The notes under the pieces were generated by a model, which saw only the letters and a list, made by a program, of their open reading frames with translations, was not told the origin of the DNA and ran no database searches. A DNA stretch of 64,000 nucleotides from Candidatus Freyarchaeum deiterrae (GTDB lineage: Archaea; Asgardarchaeota; Jordiarchaeia; Jordiarchaeales; Jordiarchaeaceae): NCBI GenBank assembly GCA_037305845.1, contig CP147778.1:1408001-1472000 (forward strand). The letters run 5' to 3'. Both the position numbers and the translations under genes were made by a program. Each line of letters starts with the position of its first letter. The stretch's first letter is position 1. Shown here piece by piece: positions 59,279 through 64,000 of the stretch.

Positions 59279-61099
59279 TTATAAGACGGTAACACTCTTC
59301 GCTAAATTCCTCGGCTTGTCAGGGTCGTATCCTCTTTTGGTGGCAGCGTAATAAGCAAATAATTGTAGCGGTACCACGTAGGTGATAGGCGAGAATGCTG
59401 ACGCGGTTTGTGTTATATCAATCATCTTATCGGATAACTTTTGTATCTCATAATCTTCTTCTTCTGCTATGCTTATTATTGTGGCTTCGCGTGCTTTCAT
59501 TTCCATAATGTTTCCAATTATTTTTTCATGCGTTTCATCGGGAGGTGTGATAAAGACAACCGGAAAACCTGGCTCGATTAACGCTATTGGGCCATGTTTG
59601 GATTCTCCCGCGGGGTACGCTTCGGAATGAATATATGAAATTTCTTTTAGTTTTAGAGAACCTTCCATCGCGGTGGCGGTACTAATCCCTCTTCCCAGAA
59701 ATAGGAAATTCTGTTTGTTAGCATATTCATAAGCAATATCTCTTATCAGACTCTCCTGCTTGTTAATGGTTTTCTCGATAATTTTAGGAGTTTGTGAGAG
59801 TTCTTCTCTAAGATGTTCTATTTCACCACTGTCGAGTTCACCTGTAACTCCTGCAATCTTCAAAGAGATTAAGGCCAGGCTAGCTAATTGTACCATGAAT
59901 GTCTTTGTTGCAGCAACTCCTATTTCGGGTCCAGCCTGCGTGTATAAAGTCAGGTCGGACAATCTGGAAATGGTACTTCCCATCACGTTTGTTATGGAAA
60001 TTATTTTTGCTCCGTTGTCCTTAGCAAATTTTACAGCATTTAGGGTGTCAGCGGTTTCTCCTGATTGGCTTATTGCGAGAATTGTTGTATCATCGTCTAT
60101 AAGGTTCGCTGTTGATTCCTGGAATTCCGAGGATATTATCGATTGGCTTCGCACAGAGGAGAGCTTGGATAACATGTATTTTCCAGCTAATCCTGCATGA
60201 TTTGATGTCCCCGCAGCTGTGATATATAATCTTTCTGAATCATTAAGGGCTCTTGCGATCTCATCGATTATTTCGGGTCTTATCATGAGAGTATTATTGA
60301 GTGCGTGAGGCTGTTCATGAATCTCTTTGAGCATAAAATGAGGATAACCACCTTTCTGAGCCATTTCGGGCGTCCAGGGAACATCAAATATTTTTGGTTC
60401 TACCTCCACCTCCCCATTGATGGTTTCGATGCGCATTTCATTACATTGAATAGTTGCCATTTCACCATCGTTCATTAATACAACTTTTCTTGTAAATGGA
60501 AGAAGCGCAGGTATATCTGAGGCGCAGTAACGCGTGTTTTCACCAATACCTATTACCAGAGGACTGCCATTCCGGGCGCAAACTAACTTATCTGGCTCCT
60601 TTACATAAATAATGACTAAAGCATAGCTTCCCCTTATTTTTTGCAGAGCCAGCCTAGTAGCCGTACGGAGATCACACTTGTTTTTTGTTATAATCTCTTC
60701 TATTAGGTGCGGAATAATCTCGGTGTCCGTTGCTGATACAAACGTGTGCCTTTTTCCTAATTCATCCCGAAGTTCTAGAAAGTTTTCAATTATACCATTG
60801 TGAACCACTGCGATTTTATTTGTACAATCAACATGAGGGTGTGCGTTTATTCTTGAGGGAAGTCCATGTGTCGCCCATCTTGTGTGACCTATTCCTGTTG
60901 TGCCAGGCAACTTGTCCAAGTCTAGTTTTTCATGTATTTCTTTTATTTTCCCCTTATCTTTTTTTAGGGAGATTGCGTTTTGATAAATTGTTGCAATACC
61001 TGCGGAATCATAGCCACGATATTCCAGTCTTAGGAGAGCTTCATGTATAATAGGTGAAACGAGTTGATTCTTGTCTACGATACCCACTATTCCGCACAT
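59279..61099 (-). CDS. glmS: Glutamine--fructose-6-phosphate aminotransferase
   Basis: MCGIVG, LEYRGYDSAG, GHTRWATHG, SQSGET, KHGP, PRNLAKSVT. Confidence 0.97.
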   Translation of the reverse strand: MCGIVGIVDKNQLVSPIIHEALLRLEYRGYDSAGIATIYQNAISLKKDKGKIKEIHEKLDLDKLPGTTGIGHTRWATHGLPSRINAHPHVDCTNKIAVVHNGIIENFLELRDELGKRHTFVSATDTEIIPHLIEEIITKNKCDLRTATRLALQKIRGSYALVIIYVKEPDKLVCARNGSPLVIGIGENTRYCASDIPALLPFTRKVVLMNDGEMATIQCNEMRIETINGEVEVEPKIFDVPWTPEMAQKGGYPHFMLKEIHEQPHALNNTLMIRPEIIDEIARALNDSERLYITAAGTSNHAGLAGKYMLSKLSSVRSQSIISSEFQESTANLIDDDTTILAISQSGETADTLNAVKFAKDNGAKIISITNVMGSTISRLSDLTLYTQAGPEIGVAATKTFMVQLASLALISLKIAGVTGELDSGEIEHLREELSQTPKIIEKTINKQESLIRDIAYEYANKQNFLFLGRGISTATAMEGSLKLKEISYIHSEAYPAGESKHGPIALIEPGFPVVFITPPDETHEKIIGNIMEMKAREATIISIAEEEDYEIQKLSDKMIDITQTASAFSPITYVVPLQLFAYYAATKRGYDPDKPRNLAKSVTVL

Positions 61100-61148
61100 T
61101 TTTTTCCCTCAGCTTCAGGATAGTTAAAACTAAGATTAGTCTTGCTTT

Positions 61149-62513
61149 TTATGTATTTGTGTCTACACCACCCTGAAGTATTTGGTAACCATTATAGGGC
61201 TCCCGGGAAGTTATTTCTCCACATAAGTTAGTAGTCATTTGTTTGTATATTTCTTCCATGTTTTTTGTATGCCCTAGAATATAGATCAATTTTACATAAG
61301 CAGTTTCAGGTAACATATTCTCACAGGGAATTACTCCTATTTTTAGAAGATCTCTTCCTCTTTCATACACATTCATTCCTACAAATCCGTAAAGGCATTG
61401 CGAGGTCATCGCTATGGGGATATTTTCTTCTTTAGCTCGGGTTAAAGAATCCATTAGAGTTTTGGGGCAGTGACCTAAACCGGTACCAGCCAGAACAATT
61501 CCATGATATTTTGAATCTATAAGGTGGTTAATAATATCGGCTTCTATTCCAGGATACGTAAATACCAATGCAACTTTAGGGTCTAGTTTTGTATCCGATT
61601 CCACCTCGCCTTGCTTCTTCCTTTTTTTATAATCGTTTCTAATCATTTTTATCTCATTATTCAGCACTAACCCAAGAGGGATATCTCCAATTGTACGAAA
61701 GGCGTCTCTTCTACTGGTATGCATTTTTCTAACTCTAGTTCCCCTGTGAATCAAGTTATAGTCGTCGCTACTATGCCCATGCATACAAATAACCACTTCA
61801 GCTATATCGCTAAACGCGGCAACTCTAGCTGCGGAAATCAGATTTATCGCTGCATCACTTGATGGTCTGTCACTACTCCTCTGGCTTCCAACTAAAACTA
61901 CTGGAACTGGTAAATCTTTTAGCATAAATGATAACGCTGAAGAAGTAAAGTGCATAGTATCTGTGCCATGGGGAATAATGATTCCGTCTACTCCCGAGTT
62001 TATTTGTTCAGCTGCCATTTCCGCAATTTTAACCCAGTATTCCGGTCTCATATCTTCTGAAAATATTTCAAACAAGAGTTCTGTTTTTAGATTACAGACT
62101 TCTGCAAGTTCTGGAACCGCACTAAAAAGCTCCTGAGGAGTAAAAGCGGGCATAACAGCCCCGGTTCTGTAATCGAGCCTACTCGCCACCGTACCCCCAG
62201 TGCCAATAAGAAATACGTTTGGTTTCTTGGAATCGAACTCAACTTCTATTTCGGGGATGGCGTAAAGACCGGGGTTATATCCTATCTCTTTGATTTCTGT
62301 ATCATCTGTAATTTTTACTCCGATGTTGTAGCCAGTGTCTAGTTTAAGAACTAGATGCTGATCATCACCCATATCGGATCTTGGTAGTAATACTCCCTTG
62401 TATGTTGCTTCAGGTGTAACTACTTCAATAACACTCCAAATCTTGACTTCTGCGAACTCTAGCTTTTTTCTAACAAATCCCCAATATCCTTGTAATTCCT
62501 CTTTTATGGTCAT
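61149..62513 (-). CDS. gatD: Glu-tRNA(Gln) amidotransferase subunit D
   Basis: KLDTGYNIG, TGGTVASR.DY.TG, HGTDTM, SQRSSDRPSSDA. Confidence 0.96.
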   Translation of the reverse strand: MTIKEELQGYWGFVRKKLEFAEVKIWSVIEVVTPEATYKGVLLPRSDMGDDQHLVLKLDTGYNIGVKITDDTEIKEIGYNPGLYAIPEIEVEFDSKKPNVFLIGTGGTVASRLDYRTGAVMPAFTPQELFSAVPELAEVCNLKTELLFEIFSEDMRPEYWVKIAEMAAEQINSGVDGIIIPHGTDTMHFTSSALSFMLKDLPVPVVLVGSQRSSDRPSSDAAINLISAARVAAFSDIAEVVICMHGHSSDDYNLIHRGTRVRKMHTSRRDAFRTIGDIPLGLVLNNEIKMIRNDYKKRKKQGEVESDTKLDPKVALVFTYPGIEADIINHLIDSKYHGIVLAGTGLGHCPKTLMDSLTRAKEENIPIAMTSQCLYGFVGMNVYERGRDLLKIGVIPCENMLPETAYVKLIYILGHTKNMEEIYKQMTTNLCGEITSREPYNGYQILQGGVDTNT

Positions 62514-62515
62514 TA

Positions 62516-64000
62516 TTATCCCTCTAACCTTTGTTTTAATTTTTTACGAAGGAGTTCAGCCACTACTTTTCCGTCGATGTTGCCCCTAACTTTTTCCATC
62601 ACTTTACCCATCATAGGGCTAAACGCTCTTTCTCCGTTTTTTTCTATAAAGTCGCTGCTTTCATCAAGTATTTCATCGATTATTCCTTCAAGTTCCTCCG
62701 TGGTAATGGTTTCCAGTTTCAATTCTTTGAGAGCGTCCTCAACTGTAATTGAGGGAGATTTTCCAAGTACTCGAAGGACTTCCTCCACTGCCTCTTTTGC
62801 AATTTTACCTTCAGAGAGAAATTTGAAAGTCTCTTTAATTTTTTCTTGAGGTATTTCATCTGTTTGAATGTTCTCTCTATCCAGTGCTTTCATAGTTTGA
62901 AGAAGAGATACAGCAACGATCGTCGGATCTATTTTAATTTCTTTAACAATTTCCATGAAAAGCTCCATTTTTCCAGATCCCATCAATTCCTCTGCGAACA
63001 ATTCGTTTATCTTGTATTTCTTTGCCAAGCGTTTCTGAACCACCCAGGGATATTCTGGAAGGTTTTTTCTAATTGATTCTACTCTTTCTTTTTCTATAAC
63101 CAGTGGTGGCGAATCTGTATCGGGATATAGACGCGCCCCGCCATGTAACTCTCTTAAGAATTCGCTGTTGCCATTTTCTAGGGCTCTTCTGGTTTCTCTT
63201 AGTACACCCTTTAAGGCTCGCTTGGCGCGGCTAACGGCGTTATCCAATGCCTTTTGTGCTTTACTTTCATCTCCAATAACAATTGCATATGAGTCCATCT
63301 CGTCCAGAGCGAGAAAGCTTCGCAGCTTTGAATCCTCTTCCACACTGATGTTGTATTTATCAAGTTTTTCATCGGAATGGATAATGCCCTTTAGTCCGGT
63401 AATCACTGTTACTCTCTCAGCGATTTCCTTTCCAAAACTTTTTCCTGGTTGAACCTCTTTGCCTAATAATCCAGCAAATTTGGGCAGCTTTACCGACAGC
63501 ACTTTTTCTTCCTTTTTCTTATTTTTAATAATCTTGCATTTGGTAGAAGCGAAAATCTTGGAAGCATCTTTATATTCCGGTGAAAAGTCTTCTTCCTTTA
63601 CCCCTCGTTCTAATAGCTGCTTCTTAATGTCTAGTAGTGCAACTTGTCTTATTGTCTCATTTTCAGCTAGTCTAGGGATCCATTCTAACTTCTGGACTCC
63701 CTTGATTTCAACCCGCTCACCGCCCTCTATACTGACGTTAATATCCTGTCTTATGGTTCCAAGTCCCCTCTTTACCTTCTCTGTTGATCGTATAAGCATC
63801 CCTATCTTGTAAGCGGTTTTAAGAATTTCATCCGGATTTGTTATTTCCGGTAATGTAACGATTTCCACTAGGGGAATTCCCAATCTGTCTATTCTATAAT
63901 AAACTGTTTTCTCTTCTTCCCTAATTTTTCTAGCAGCATCCTCTTCTATACAAATAGTGGAGACTCCGATTTTCTTACCGTCGAGTGGTATGAAGCCGTC
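62516..64000 (-). CDS. gatE: Glu-tRNA(Gln) amidotransferase subunit E, 5'-truncated by window edge
   Basis: Frame open to the edge (EEDAA..YRIDRLGIPLVEI), RGLGTIRQD.N.SI, G.ARLYPDTD. Confidence 0.95.
   Translation of the reverse strand, partial: DGFIPLDGKKIGVSTICIEEDAARKIREEEKTVYYRIDRLGIPLVEIVTLPEITNPDEILKTAYKIGMLIRSTEKVKRGLGTIRQDINVSIEGGERVEIKGVQKLEWIPRLAENETIRQVALLDIKKQLLERGVKEEDFSPEYKDASKIFASTKCKIIKNKKKEEKVLSVKLPKFAGLLGKEVQPGKSFGKEIAERVTVITGLKGIIHSDEKLDKYNISVEEDSKLRSFLALDEMDSYAIVIGDESKAQKALDNAVSRAKRALKGVLRETRRALENGNSEFLRELHGGARLYPDTDSPPLVIEKERVESIRKNLPEYPWVVQKRLAKKYKINELFAEELMGSGKMELFMEIVKEIKIDPTIVAVSLLQTMKALDRENIQTDEIPQEKIKETFKFLSEGKIAKEAVEEVLRVLGKSPSITVEDALKELKLETITTEELEGIIDEILDESSDFIEKNGERAFSPMMGKVMEKVRGNIDGKVVAELLRKKLKQRLEG

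Overview
Archaeal core-genome window, most likely from an Asgard-type lineage. This is inferred from a Rab-like GTPase, a Yip1 domain, eL33/L35Ae, GatDE, an unsplit rpoB and split rpoA'/A''. It holds translation and transcription housekeeping genes, the archaeal shikimate/chorismate pathway in two operons, B12/Ni accessory proteins and several hypothetical proteins. The striking content is RNA-level, is invisible to the ORF track, and centres on bulge-helix-bulge (BHB) splicing. (1) A circularly PERMUTED 5S rRNA gene (18554-18675, - strand): the 3' half precedes the 5' half, the natural ends are fused by a 2-nt linker, and a flanking BHB motif would let splicing endonuclease plus ligase rebuild the conserved CCGAACACGGA^AGTTAAGC junction as a 122-nt circle. 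(2) The RNA-splicing ligase gene rtcB looks frameshifted but carries a 29-nt BHB-type mRNA intron (44796-44824) right after the catalytic Asp codon, so RtcB may be needed to splice its own mRNA. (3) Three tRNA genes carry 3, 2 and 3 introns, mostly at non-canonical sites, and one intron encodes a box C/D guide. Also found: a free-standing box C/D sRNA aimed at 23S rRNA sites that are methylated in eukaryotes, a Rab-GTPase/M20-peptidase fusion, a methanogen-type SerRS, a Trp-codon-rich leader before the aromatic pathway operon, and abrupt intragenic A/C to G/T skew flips. All structures were derived by hand; no searches or folding programs were run.
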